In this document: positions 24,201-39,200 of the stretch, piece after piece | Numbering within the stretch: position 1 is the first letter of the stretch | Layout of the letters: each line of letters starts with the position of its first letter | Assembly (NCBI GenBank): GCA_044892525.1 | Contig: CM097885.1 | Location: 124,001-188,000 of the forward strand | DNA: 64,000 bases | From: Schmidtea polychroa | Taxonomy: Eukaryota | Direction: 5' to 3' | Notes under the pieces: model-generated | Seen by the model: only the letters and a program-made list of their open reading frames with translations | The model's database searches: none | Told to the model about the DNA's origin: nothing | Made by a program: the position numbers and the translations under genes

Positions 24201-27200
24201 TCATGTAAATGACTAAATCAGATAAAAGGCTTCTTCAAGTAAATGGCTACTTCAAGTAAAGGGTTACCTCGAATAAATGGCTATCTGGAGTAAATATTTG
24301 TATTTGTCGAGAAATGAATAATTTATTATTAACTTCATCAATCAATACACACACAATAACAACTTATTTTATATGATTCATATCAATAATGGCCTAGTGG
24401 TAATAGCAAACGCTTGCAATGCTAAAAACAATAGGTTCAAAACGCATTTCAGACAATTTTTTTTAAAGTTCCTTTTTAATAAAATTTGATCAGCATCCTC
24501 GATTTAGTACTTGTACAAAATTTAAAGGTAATTGGTCAACGGCATTTCTTAGAAATTTAAGATCAAGATATTTTAACTTGAGCTACCAATGTACATGAGA
24601 TAATTTAATTAATTTCAAATTATACATTTAACAAATTTGCTAATAACTTTTACAATATTAATTGTTCCAAATTAAAAAAGATATCAATAAATAGATAATT
24701 AAATTTACAATATAAATTATATCAATTTTGTAAAATAGTGTCAGATTTGAAAATTGGTAACTCTATAATAAAGCTACCTAGATTAAAATTCTGTCTTAGG
24801 TGAGTGACAAAGTCAAGTAAATGACTACTTCGAGTAAATGACTACCTCGAGTAAATGACAACCGAGAGTAAGTGGCTACCTCGAGTAAATTAGTACACCG
24901 AGTGAATGGCTTACTAGTGTAATTAGCTGCCTCAAATAAATAGCTATATCGTGTAATTGGCTACCACATGTAAAGCCTAGGTCAAGTACATGGCGACTAC
25001 AAGTAAATGGTTACTTCGAGTAAAGAGCTAAGCTGGGTAAAGTTCTACCTCAAGTGAATAGCTAAGTCAAGTAAATGGCTTCTTCGAATTAATGGCTAAC
25101 CTTGGTAAAATTCTACCTCAAGTAAATGGCTAAGTCAATTATATAGTTACATCAGATAAATGGCTAACTCGAGTAAATAGCACACCGTGAAATTAGCTGC
25201 CACGTATCAAGTACATGGCTTCTTCAATTAAAAGGTTACTTCGATTAATTTGGCTCACTTGGGTAAAATTCTACCTCGATGGGAACGGCTCAGTCAAATA
25301 ATGGTTCACTTAAGCAAATGACTACTTCGTTTAGTTGAATTCCACGAATAAAAGTCTACATCAAGTAAATGGCTACATCAGATGAATGGCTTCACAGAGT
25401 GAATGGCTAACCCGTTTAAATGACTAGCTTAAGGAAATGACTACTTCATGTAAATGACTAAATCAGATAAAAGGCTTCTTCAAGTAAATGGCTACTTCAA
25501 GTAAAGGGTTACCTCGAATAAATGGCTATCTGGAGTAAATATTTGTATTTGTCGAGAAATGAATAATTTATTATTAACTTCATCAATCAATACACACACA
25601 ATAACAACTTATTTTATATGATTCATATCAATAATGGCCTAGTGGTAATAGCAAACGCTTGCAATGCTAAAAACAATAGGTTCAAAACGCATTTCAGACA
25701 ATTTTTTTTAAAGTTCCTTTTTAATAAAATTTGATCAGCATCCTCGATTTAGTACTTGTACAAAATTTAAAGGTAATTGGTCAACGGCATTTCTTAGAAA
25801 TTTAAGATCAAGATATTTTAACTTGAGCTACCAATGTACATGAGATAATTTAATTAATTTCAAATTATACATTTAACAAATTTGCTAATAACTTTTACAA
25901 TATTAATTGTTCCAAATTAAAAAAGATATCAATAAATAGATAATTAAATTTACAATATAAATTATATCAATTTTGTAAAATAGTGTCAGATTTGAAAATT
26001 GGTAACTCTATAATAAAGCTACCTAGATTAAAATTCTGTCTTAGGTGAGTGACAAAGTCAAGTAAATGACTACTTCGAGTAAATGACTACCTCGAGTAAA
26101 TGACAACCGAGAGTAAGTGGCTACCTCGAGTAAATTAGTACACCGAGTGAATGGCTTACTAGTGTAATTAGCTGCCTCAAATAAATAGCTATATCGTGTA
26201 ATTGGCTACCACATGTAAAGCCTAGGTCAAGTACATGGCGACTACAAGTAAATGGTTACTTCGAGTAAAGAGCTAAGCTGGGTAAAGTTCTACCTCAAGT
26301 GAATAGCTAAGTCAAGTAAATGGCTTCTTCGAATTAATGGCTAACCTTGGTAAAATTCTACCTCAAGTAAATGGCTAAGTCAATTATATAGTTACATCAG
26401 ATAAATGGCTAACTCGAGTAAATAGCACACCGTGAAATTAGCTGCCACGTATCAAGTACATGGCTTCTTCAATTAAAAGGTTACTTCGATTAATTTGGCT
26501 CACTTGGGTAAAATTCTACCTCGATGGGAACGGCTCAGTCAAATAATGGTTCACTTAAGCAAATGACTACTTCGTTTAGTTGAATTCCACGAATAAAAGT
26601 CTACATCAAGTAAATGGCTACATCAGATGAATGGCTACACAGAGTGAATGGCTAACCCGTTTAAATGACTAGCTTAAGGAAATGACTACTTCATGTAAAT
26701 GACTAAATCAGATAAAAGGCTTCTTCAAGTAAATGGCTACTTCAAGTAAAGGGTTACCTCGAATAAATGGCTATCTGGAGTAAATATTTGTATTTGTCGA
26801 GAAATGAATAATTTATTATTAACTTCATCAATCAATACACACACAATAACAACTTATTTTATATGATTCATATCAATAATGGCCTAGTGGTAATAGCAAA
26901 CGCTTGCAATGCTAAAAACAATAGGTTCAAAACGCATTTCAGACAATTTTTTTAAGGTTCTTTTTTAATAAAATTTGATCAGCATCCTCGATTTAGTACT
27001 TGTACAAAATTTAAAGGTAATTGGTCAACGGCATTTCTTAGAAATTTAAGATCAAGATATTTTAACTTGAGCTACCAATGTACATGAGATAATTTAATTA
27101 ATTTCAAATTATACATTTAACAAATTGCTAATAACTTTTACAATATTAATTGTTCCAAATTAAAAAAGATATCAATAAATAGATAATTAAATTTACAATA

Positions 27201-30200
27201 TAAATTATATCAATTTTGTAAAATAGTGTCAGATTTGAAAATTGGTAACTCTATAATAAAGCTACCTAGATTAAAATTCTGTCTTAGGTGAGTGACAAAG
27301 TCAAGTAAATGACTACCTCGAGTAAATGACTACCTCGAGTAAATGACAACCGAGAGTAAGTGGCTACCTCGAGTAAATTAGTACACCGAGTGAATGGCTT
27401 ACTAGTGTAATTAGCTGCCTCAAATAAATAGCTATATCGTGTAATTGGCTACCACATGTAAAGCCTAGGTCAAGTACATGGCTACTACAAGTAAATGGTT
27501 ACTTCGAGTAAAGAGCTAAGCTGGGTAAAATTCTACCTCAAGTGAATAGCTAAGTCAAGTAAATGGCTTCTTCGAATTAATGGCTCACCTTAGTAAAATT
27601 CTACCTCAAGTAAATGGCTAAGTCAATTATATAGTTACATCAGATAAATGGCTAACTCGAGTAAATAGCACACCGTGAAATTAGCTGCCACGTATCAAGT
27701 ACATGGCTTCTTCAATTAAAAGGTTACCTCGATTAATTTGGCTCACTTGGGTAAAATTCTACCTCGATGGGAACGGCTCAGTCAAATAATGGTTCACTTA
27801 AGCAAATGACTACTTCGTTTAGTTGAATTCCACGAATAAAAGTCTACATCAAGTAAATGGCTACATCAGATGAATGGCTACACAGAGTGAATGGCTAACC
27901 CGTTTAAATGACTAGCTTAAGGAAATGACTACTTCATGTAAATGACTAAATCAGATAAAAGGCTTCTTCAAGTAAATGGCTACTTCAAGTAAAGGGTTAC
28001 CTCGAATAAATGGCTATCTGGAGTAAATATTTGTATTTGTCGAGAAATGAATAATTTATTATTAACTTCATCAATCAATACACACACAATAACAACTTAT
28101 TTTATATGATTCATATCAATAATGGCCTAGTGGTAATAGCAAACGCTTGCAATGCTAAAAACAATAGGTTCAAAACGCATTTCAGACAATTTTTTTTAAA
28201 GTTCCTTTTTAATAAAATTTGATCAGCATCCTCGATTTAGTACTTGTACAAAATTTAAAGGTAATTGGTCAACGGCATTTCTTAGAAATTTAAGATCAAG
28301 ATATTTTAACTTGAGCTACCAATGTACATGAGATAATTTAATTAATTTCAAATTATACATTTAACAAATTTGCTAATAACTTTTACAATATTAATTGTTC
28401 CAAATTAAAAAAGATATCAATAAATAGATAATTAAATTTACAATATAAATTATATCAATTTTGTAAAATAGTGTCAGATTTGAAAATTGGTAACTCTATA
28501 ATAAAGCTACCTAGATTAAAATTCTGTCTTAGGTGAGTGACAAAGTCAAGTAAATGACTAGCTCGAGTAAATGACTACCTCGAGTCAATGACAACCGAGA
28601 GTAAGTGGCTACCTCGAGTAAATTAGTACACCGAGTGAATGGCTTACTAGTGTAATTAGCTGCCTCAAATAAATAGCTATATCGTGTAATTGGCTACCAC
28701 ATGTAAAGCCTAGGTCAAGTACATGGCTACTACAAGTAAATGATTACCTCGAGTAAAGAGATAAGCTGGGTAAAGTTCTACCTCAAGTGAATAGCTAAGT
28801 CAAGTAAATGGCTTCTTCGAATTAATGGCTAACCTTGGTAAAATTCTACCTCAAGTAAATGGCTAAGTCAATTATATAGTTACATCAGATAAATGGCTAA
28901 CTCGAGTAAATAGCACACCGTGAAATTAGCTGCCACGTATCAAGTAAATGGCTTCTTCAATTAAAAGGTTACCTCGATTAATTTGGCTCACTTGGGTAAA
29001 TTTCTACCTCGATGAGAACGGCTCAGTCAAATAATGGCTCACTTAAGCAATTGACTACTTCGTGTAGTTGACTTCCACGAATAAAAGTCTACATCAAGTA
29101 AATGGCTACATCAGATGAATGGCTACACAGAGTGAATGGCTAACCCGTTTAAATGACTATCTTAAGGAAATGACTACTTCATGTAAATGACTAAATCAGA
29201 TAAAAGGCTTCTTCAAGTAAATGGCTACTTCAAGTAAAGGGTTACCTCGAATAAATGGCTATCTGGAGTAAATATTTGTATTTGTCGAGAAATGAATAAT
29301 TTATTATTAACTTCATCAATCAATACACACACAATAACAACTTATTTTATATGATTCATATCAATAATGGCCTAGTGGTAATAGCAAACGCTTGCAATGC
29401 TAAAAACAATAGGTTCAAAACGCATTTCAGACAATTTTTTTTAAAGTTCCTTTTTAATAAAATTTGATCAGCATCCTCGATTTAGTACTTGTACAAAATT
29501 TAAAGGTAATTGGTCAACGGCATTTCTTAGAAATTTAAGATCAAGATATTTTAACTTGAGCTACCAATGTACATGAGATAATTTAATTAATTTCAAATTA
29601 TACATTTAACAAATTTGCTAATAACTTTTACAATATTAATTGTTCCAAATTAAAAAAGATATCAATAAATAGATAATTAAATTTACAATATAAATTATAT
29701 CAATTTTGTAAAATAGTGTCAGATTTGAAAATTGGTAACTCTATAATAAAGCTACCTAGATTAAAATTCTGTCTTAGGTGAGTGACAAAGTCAAGTAAAT
29801 GACTACTTCGAGTAAATGACTACCTCGAGTAAATGACAACCGAGAGTAAGTGGCTACCTCGAGTAAATTAGTACACCGAGTGAATGGCTTACTAGTGTTA
29901 TTAGCTGCCTCAAATAAATAGCTATATCGTGTAATTGGCTACCACATGTAAAGCCTAGGTCAAGTACATGGCTACTACAAGTAAATGGTTGCCTCGAGTA
30001 AAGAGCTAAGCTGGGTAAAGTTCTACCTCAAGTGAATAGCTAAGTCAAGTAAATGGCTTCTTCGAATTAATGGCTAACCTTGGTAAAATTCTACCTCAAG
30101 TAAATGGCTAAGTCAATTATATAGTTACATCAGATAAATGGCTAACTCGAGTAAAAAGCACACCGTGAAATTAGCTGCCACGTATCAAGTACATGGCTTC

Positions 30201-33200
30201 TTCAATTAAAAGGTTACCTCGATTAATTTGGCTCACTTGGGTAAAATTCTACCTCGATGGGAACGGCTCAGTCAAATAATGGTTCACTTAAGCAAATGAC
30301 TACTTCGTATAGTTGAATTCCACGAATAAAAGTCTACATCAAGTAAATGGCTACATCAGATGAATGGCTACACAGAGTGAATGGCTAACCCGTTTAAATG
30401 ACTAGCTTAAGGAAATGACTACTTCATGTAAATGACTAAATCAGATAAAAGGCTTCTTCAAGTAAATGGCTACTTCAAGTAAAGGGTTACCTCGAATAAA
30501 TGGCTATCTGGAGTAAATATTTGTATTTGTCGAGAAATGAATAATTTATTATTAACTTCATCAATCAATACACACACAATAACAACTTATTTTATATTAT
30601 TCATATCAATAATGGCCTAGTGGTAATAGCAATCGCTTGCAATGCCAAAAACAATAGGTTCAAAACGCATTTCAGACAATTTGTTTAAAGTTCTTTTTTA
30701 AGAAAATTTGATCAGCATCCTCGATTTAGTACTTGTACAAAATTTAAAGGTAATTGGTCAACGGCATTTCTTAGAAATTTAAGATCAAGATATTTTAACT
30801 TGAGCTACCAATGTACATGAGATAATTTAATTAATTTCAAATTATACATTTAACAAATTTGCTAATAACTTTTACAATATTAATTGTTCCAAATTAAAAA
30901 AGATATCAATAAATAGATAATTAAATTTACAATATAAATTATATCAATTTTGTAAAATAGTGTCAGATTTGAAAATTGGTAACTCTATAATAAAGCTACC
31001 TAGATTAAAATTCTGTCTTAGGTGAGTGACAAAGTCAAGTAAATGACTAGCTCGAGTAAATGACTACCTCGAGTCAATGACAACCGAGAGTAAGTGGCTA
31101 CCTCGAGTAAATTAGTACACCGAGTGAATGGCTTACTAGTGTAATTAGCTGCCTCAAATAAATAGCTATATCGTGTAATTGGCTACCACATGTAAAGCCT
31201 AGGTCAAGTACATGGCTACTACAAGTAAATGATTACCTCGAGTAAAGAGATAAGCTGGGTAAAGTTCTACCTCAAGTGAATAGCTAAGTCAAGTAAATGG
31301 CTTCTTCGATTTAATGGCTAACCTTGGTAAAATTCTACCTCAAGTAAATGGCTAAGTCAATTATATAGTTACATCAGATAAATGGCTAACTCGAGTAAAT
31401 AGCACACCGTGAAATTAGCTGCCACGTATCAAGTACATGGCTTCTTCAATTAAAAGGTTACCTCGATTAATTTGGCTCACTTGGGTAAATTTCTACCTCG
31501 ATGAGAACGGCTCAGTCAAATAATGGCTCACTTAAGCAATTGACTACTTCGTGTAGTTGACTTCCACGAATAAAAGTCTACATCAAGTAAATGGCTACAT
31601 CAGATGAATGGCTACACAGAGTGAATGGCTAACCCGTTTAAATGACTATCTTAAGGAAATGACTACTTCATGTAAATGACTAAATCAGATAAAAGGCTTC
31701 TTCAAGTAAATGGCTACTTCAAGTAAAGGGTTACCTCGAATAAATGGCTATCTGGAGTAAATATTTGTATTTGTCGAGAAATGAATAATTTATTATTAAC
31801 TTCATCAATCAATACACACACAATAACAACTTATTTTATATGATTCATATCAATAATGGTCTAGTGGTAATAGCAAACGCTTGCAATGCCAAAAACAATA
31901 GTTTCAAAACGCATTTCAGACAATTTTTTTAAGGTTCTTTTTTAAGAAAATTTGATCAGCATCCTCGATTTAGTACTTGTACAAAATTTAAAGGTAATTG
32001 GTCAACGGCATTTCTTAGAAATTTAAGATCAAGATATTTTAACTTGAGCTACCAATGTACATGAGATAATTTAATTAATTTCAAATTATACATTTAACAA
32101 ATTTGCTAATAACTTTTACAATATTAATTGTTCTAAATTAAAAAAGATATCAATAAATAGATAATTAAATTTACAATGCAAATTATATCAATTTTGTAAA
32201 GTAGTGTCAGATTTGAAAATTGGTAACTCTATAATAAAGCTATTTAGATTAAAATTCTGTCTTAGGTGAGTGACAAAGTCAAGTAAATGACTAGATCGAG
32301 TAAATGACTACCTCGAGTAAATGACAACCGAGAGTAAGTGGCTACCTCGAGTAAATTAGTACACCGAGTGAATGGCTTACTAGTGTAATTAGCTGCCTCA
32401 AATAAATAGCTATATCGTGTAATTGGCTACCACATGTAAAGCCTAGGTCAAGTACATGGCTACTACAAGTAAATGGTTACCTCGAGTAAAGAGCTAAGCT
32501 GGGTAAAGTTCTACCTCAAGTGAATAGCTAAGTCAAGTAAATGGCTTCTTCGAATTAATGGCTAACCTTGGTAAAATTCTACCTCAAGTAAATGGCTAAG
32601 TCAATTATATAGTTACATCAGATAAATGGCTAACTCGAGTAAATAGCACACCGTGAAATTAGCTGCCACGTATCAAGTACATGGCTTCTTCAATTAAAAG
32701 GTTACCTCGATTAATTTGGCTCACTTGGGTAAAATTCTACCTCGATGGGAACGGCTCAGTCAAATAATGGTTCACTTAAGCAAATGACTACTTCGTATAG
32801 TTGAATTCCACGAATAAAAGTCTACATCAAGTAAATGGCTACATCAGATGAATGGCTACACAGAGTGAATGGCTAACCCGTTTAAATGACTAGCTTAAGG
32901 AAATGACTACTTCATGTAAATGACTAAATCAGATAAAAGGCTTCTTCAAGTAAATGGCTACTTCAAGTAAAGGGTTACCTCGAATAAATGGCTATCTGGA
33001 GTAAATATTTGTATTTGTCGAGAAATGAATAATTTATTATTAACTTCATCAATCAATACACACACAATAACAACTTATTTTATATGATTCATATCAATAA
33101 TGGCCTAGTGGTAATAGCAAACGCTTGCAATGCTAAAAACAATAGGTTCAAAACGCATTTCAGACAATTTTTTTTAAAGTTCCTTTTTAATAAAATTTGA

Positions 33201-36200
33201 TCAGCATCCTCGATTTAGTACTTGTACAAAATTTAAAGGTAATTGGTCAACGGCATTTCTTAGAAATTTAAGATCAAGATATTTTAACTTGAGCTACCAA
33301 TGTACATGAGATAATTTAATTAATTTCAAATTATACATTTAACAAATTTGCTAATAACTTTTACAATATTAATTGTTCCAAATTAAAAAAGATATCAATA
33401 AATAGATAATTAAATTTACAATATAAATTATATCAATTTTGTAAAATAGTGTCAGATTTGAAAATTGGTAACTCTATAATAAAGCTACCTAGATTAAAAT
33501 TCTGTCTTAGGTGAGTGACAAAGTCAAGTAAATGACTACCTCGAGTAAATGACTACCTCGAGTAAATGACAACCGAGAGTAAGTGGCTACCTCGAGTAAA
33601 TTAGTACACCGAGTGAATGGCTTACTAGTGTAATTAGCTGCCTCAAATAAATAGCTATATCGTGTAATTGGCTACCACATGTAAAGCCTAGGTCAAGTAC
33701 ATGGCTACTACAAGTAAATGGTTACCTCGAGTAAAGAGCTAAGCTGGGTAAAGTTCTACCTCAAGTGAATAGCTAAGTCAAGTAAATGGCTTCTTCGAAT
33801 TAATGGCTAACATTGGTAAAATTCTACCTCAAGTAAATGGCTAAGTCAATTATATAGTTACATCAGATAAATGGCTAACTCGAGTAAATAGCACACCGTG
33901 AAATTAGCTGCCACGTATCAAGTACATGGCTTCTTCAATTAAAAGGTTACCTCGATTAATTTGGCTCACTTGGGTAAATTTCTACCTCGATGAGAACGGC
34001 TCAGTCAAATAATGGCTCACTTAAGCAATTGACTACTTCGTGTAGTTGACTTCCACGAATTAAAGTCTACATCAAGTAAATGGCTACATCAGATGAATGG
34101 CTACACAGAGTGAATGGCTAACCCGTTTAAATGACTAGCTTAAGGAAATGACTACTTCATGTAAATGACTAAATCAGATAAAAGGCTTCTTCAAGTAAAT
34201 GGCTACTTCAAGAAAAGGGTTACCTCGAATAAATGGCTATCTGGAGTAAATATTTGTATTTGTCGAGAAATGAATAATTTATTATTAACTTCATCAATCA
34301 ATACACACACAATAACAACTTATTTTATATTATTCATATCAATAATGGCCTAGTGGTAATAGCAATCGCTTGCAATGCCAAAAACAATAGGTTCAAAACG
34401 CATTTCAGACAATTTGTTTAAAGTTCTTTTTTAAGAAAATTTGATCAGCATCCTCGATTTAGTACTTGTACAAAATTTAAAGGTAATTGGTCAACGGCAT
34501 TTCTTAGAAATTTAAGATCAAGATATTTTAACTTGAGCTACCAATGTACATGAGATAATTTAATTAATTTCAAATTATACATTTAACAAATTTGCTAATA
34601 ACTTTTACAATATTAATTGTTCCAAATTAAAAAAGATATCAATAAATAGATAATTAAATTTACAATATAAATTATATCAATTTTGTAAAATAGTGTCAGA
34701 TTTGAAAATTGGTAACTCTATAATAAAGCTACCTAGATTAAAATTCTGTCTTAGGTGAGTGACAAAGTCAAGTAAATGACTAGCTCGAGTAAATGACTAC
34801 CTCGAGTCAATGACAACCGAGAGTAAGTGGCTACCTCGAGTAAATTAGTACACCGAGTGAATGGCTTACTAGTGTAATTAGCTGCCTCAAATAAATAGCT
34901 ATATCGTGTAATTGGCTACCACATGTAAAGCCTAGGTCAAGTACATGGCTACTACAAGTAAATGATTACCTCGAGTAAAGAGATAAGCTGGGTAAAGTTC
35001 TACCTCAAGTGAATAGCTAAGTCAAGTAAATGGCTTCTTCGAATTAATGGCTAACCTTGGTAAAATTCTACCTCAAGTAAATGGCTAAGTCAATTATATA
35101 GTTACATCAGATAAATGGCTAACTCGAGTAAATAGCACACCGTGAAATTAGCTGCCACGTATCAAGTACATGGCTTCTTCAATTAAAAGGTTACCTCGAT
35201 TAATTTGGCTCACTTGGGTAAATTTCTACCTCGATGAGAACGGCTCAGTCAAATAATGGCTCACTTAAGCAATTGACTACTTCGTGTAGTTGACTTCCAC
35301 GAATAAAAGTCTACATCAAGTAAATGGCTACATCAGATGAATGGCTACACAGAGTGAATGGCTAACCCGTTTAAATGACTATCTTAAGGAAATGACTACT
35401 TCATGTAAATGACTAAATCAGATAAAAGGCTTCTTCAAGTAAATGGCTACTTCAAGTAAAGGGTTACCTCGAATAAATGGCTATCTGGAGTAAATATTTG
35501 TATTTGTCGAGAAATGAATAATTTATTATTAACTTCATCAATCAATACACACACAATAACAACTTATTTTATATGATTCATATCAATAATGGTCTAGTGG
35601 TAATAGCAAACGCTTGCAATGCCAAAAACAATAGTTTCAAAACGCATTTCAGACAATTTTTTTAAGGTTCTTTTTTAAGAAAATTTGATCAGCATCCTCG
35701 ATTTAGTACTTGTACAAAATTTAAAGGTAATTGGTCAACGGCATTTCTTAGAAATTTAAGATCAAGATATTTTAACTTGAGCTACCAATGTACATGAGAT
35801 AATTTAATTAATTTCAAATTATACATTTAACAAATTTGCTAATAACTTTTACAATATTAATTGTTCTAAATTAAAAAAGATATCAATAAATAGATAATTA
35901 AATTTACAATGCAAATTATATCAATTTTGTAAAGTAGTGTCAGATTTGAAAATTGGTAACTCTATAATAAAGCTATTTAGATTAAAATTCTGTCTTAGGT
36001 GAGTGACAAAGTCAAGTAAATGACTAGATCGAGTAAATGACTACCTCGAGTAAATGACAACCGAGAGTAAGTGGCTACCTCGAGTAAATTAGTACACCGA
36101 GTGAATGGCTTACTAGTGTAATTAGCTGCCTCAAATAAATAGCTATATCGTGTAATTGGCTACCACATGTAAAGCCTAGGTCAAGTACATGGCTACTACA

Positions 36201-39200
36201 AGTAAATGGTTACCTCGAGTAAAGAGCTAAGCTGGGTAAAGTTCTACCTCAAGTGAATAGCTAAGTCAAGTAAATGGCTTCTTCGAATTAATGGCTAACC
36301 TTGGTAAAATTCTACCTCAAGTAAATGGCTAAGTCAATTATATAGTTACATCAGATAAATGGCTAACTCGAGTAAATAGCACACCGTGAAATTAGCTGCC
36401 ACGTATCAAGTACATGGCTTCTTCAATTAAAAGGTTACCTCGATTAATTTGGCTCACTTGGGTAAAATTCTACCTCGATGGGAACGGCTCAGTCAAATAA
36501 TGGTTCACTTAAGCAAATGACTACTTCGTATAGTTGAATTCCACGAATAAAAGTCTACATCAAGTAAATGGCTACATCAGATGAATGGCTACACAGAGTG
36601 AATGGCTAACCCGTTTAAATGACTAGCTTAAGGAAATGACTACTTCATGTAAATGACTAAATCAGATAAAAGGCTTCTTCAAGTAAATGGCTACTTCAAG
36701 TAAAGGGTTACCTCGAATAAATGGCTATCTGGAGTAAATATTTGTATTTGTCGAGAAATGAATAATTTATTATTAACTTCATCAATCAATACACACACAA
36801 TAACAACTTATTTTATATGATTCATATCAATAATGGCCTAGTGGTAATAGCAAACGCTTGCAATGCTAAAAACAATAGGTTCAAAACGCATTTCAGACAA
36901 TTTTTTTTAAAGTTCCTTTTTAATAAAATTTGATCAGCATCCTCGATTTAGTACTTGTACAAAATTTAAAGGTAATTGGTCAACGGCATTTCTTAGAAAT
37001 TTAAGATCAAGATATTTTAACTTGAGCTACCAATGTACATGAGATAATTTAATTAATTTCAAATTATACATTTAACAAATTTGCTAATAACTTTTACAAT
37101 ATTAATTGTTCCAAATTAAAAAAGATATCAATAAATAGATAATTAAATTTACAATATAAATTATATCAATTTTGTAAAATAGTGTCAGATTTGAAAATTG
37201 GTAACTCTATAATAAAGCTACCTAGATTAAAATTCTGTCTTAGGTGAGTGACAAAGTCAAGTAAATGACTACCTCGAGTAAATGACTACCTCGAGTAAAT
37301 GACAACCGAGAGTAAGTGGCTACCTCGAGTAAATTAGTACACCGAGTGAATGGCTTACTAGTGTAATTAGCTGCCTCAAATAAATAGCTATATCGTGTAA
37401 TTGGCTACCACATGTAAAGCCTAGGTCAAGTACATGGCTACTACAAGTAAATGGTTACCTCGAGTAAAGAGCTAAGCTGGGTAAAGTTCTACCTCAAGTG
37501 AATAGCTAAGTCAAGTAAATGGCTTCTTCGAATTAATGGCTAACCTTGGTAAAATTCTACCTCAAGTAAATGGCTAAGTCAATTATATAGTTACATCAGA
37601 TAAATGGCTAACTCGAGTAAATAGCACACCGTGAAATTAGCTGCCACGTATCAAGTACATGGCTTCTTCAATTAAAAGGTTACCTCGATTAATTTGGCTC
37701 ACTTGGGTAAAATTCTACCTCGATGGGAACGGCTCAGTCAAATAATGGTTCACTTAAGCAAATGACTACTTCGTATAGTTGAATTCCACGAATAAAAGTC
37801 TACATCAAGTAAATGGCTACATCAGATGAATGGCTACACAGAGTGAATGGCTAACCCGTTTAAATGACTAGCTTAAGGAAATGACTACTTCATGTAAATG
37901 ACTAAATCAGATAAAAGGCTTCTTCAAGTAAATGGCTACTTCAAGTAAAGGGTTACCTCGAATAAATGGCTATCTGGAGTAAATATTTGTATTTGTCGAG
38001 AAATGAATAATTTATTATTAACTTCATCAATCAATACACACACAATAACAACTTATTTTATATGATTCATATCAATAATGGCCTAGTGGTAATAGCAAAC
38101 GCTTGCAATGCTAAAAACAATAGGTTCAAAACGCATTTCAGACAATTTTTTTTAAAGTTCCTTTTTAATAAAATTTGATCAGCATCCTCGATTTAGTACT
38201 TGTACAAAATTTAAAGGTAATTGGTCAACGGCATTTCTTAGAAATTTAAGATCAAGATATTTTAACTTGAGCTACCAATGTACATGAGATAATTTAATTA
38301 ATTTCAAATTATACATTTAACAAATTTGCTAATAACTTTTACAATATTAATTGTTCCAAATTAAAAAAGATATCAATAAATAGATAATTAAATTTACAAT
38401 ATAAATTATATCAATTTTGTAAAATAGTGTCAGATTTGAAAATTGGTAACTCTATAATAAAGCTACCTAGATTAAAATTCTGTCTTAGGTGAGTGACAAA
38501 GTCAAGTAAATGACTACCTCGAGTAAATGACTACCTCGAGTAAATGACAACCGAGAGTAAGTGGCTACCTCGAGTAAATTAGTACACCGAGTGAATGGCT
38601 TACTAGTGTAATTAGCTGCCTCAAATAAATAGCTATATCGTGTAATTGGCTACCACATGTAAAGCCTAGGTCAAGTACATGGCTACTACAAGTAAATGGT
38701 TACCTCGAGTAAAGAGCTAAGCTGGGTAAAGTTCTACCTCAAGTGAATAGCTAAGTCAAGTAAATGGCTTCTTCGAATTAATGGCTAACATTGGTAAAAT
38801 TCTACCTCAAGTAAATGGCTAAGTCAATTATATAGTTACATCAGATAAATGGCTAACTCGAGTAAATAGCACACCGTGAAATTAGCTGCCACGTATCAAG
38901 TACATGGCTTCTTCAATTAAAAGGTTACCTCGATTAATTTGGCTCACTTGGGTAAATTTCTACCTCGATGAGAACGGCTCAGTCAAATAATGGCTCACTT
39001 AAGCAATTGACTACTTCGTGTAGTTGACTTCCACGAATTAAAGTCTACATCAAGTAAATGGCTACATCAGATGAATGGCTACACAGAGTGAATGGCTAAC
39101 CCGTTTAAATGACTAGCTTAAGGAAATGACTACTTCATGTAAATGACTAAATCAGATAAAAGGCTTCTTCAAGTAAATGGCTACTTCAAGAAAAGGGTTA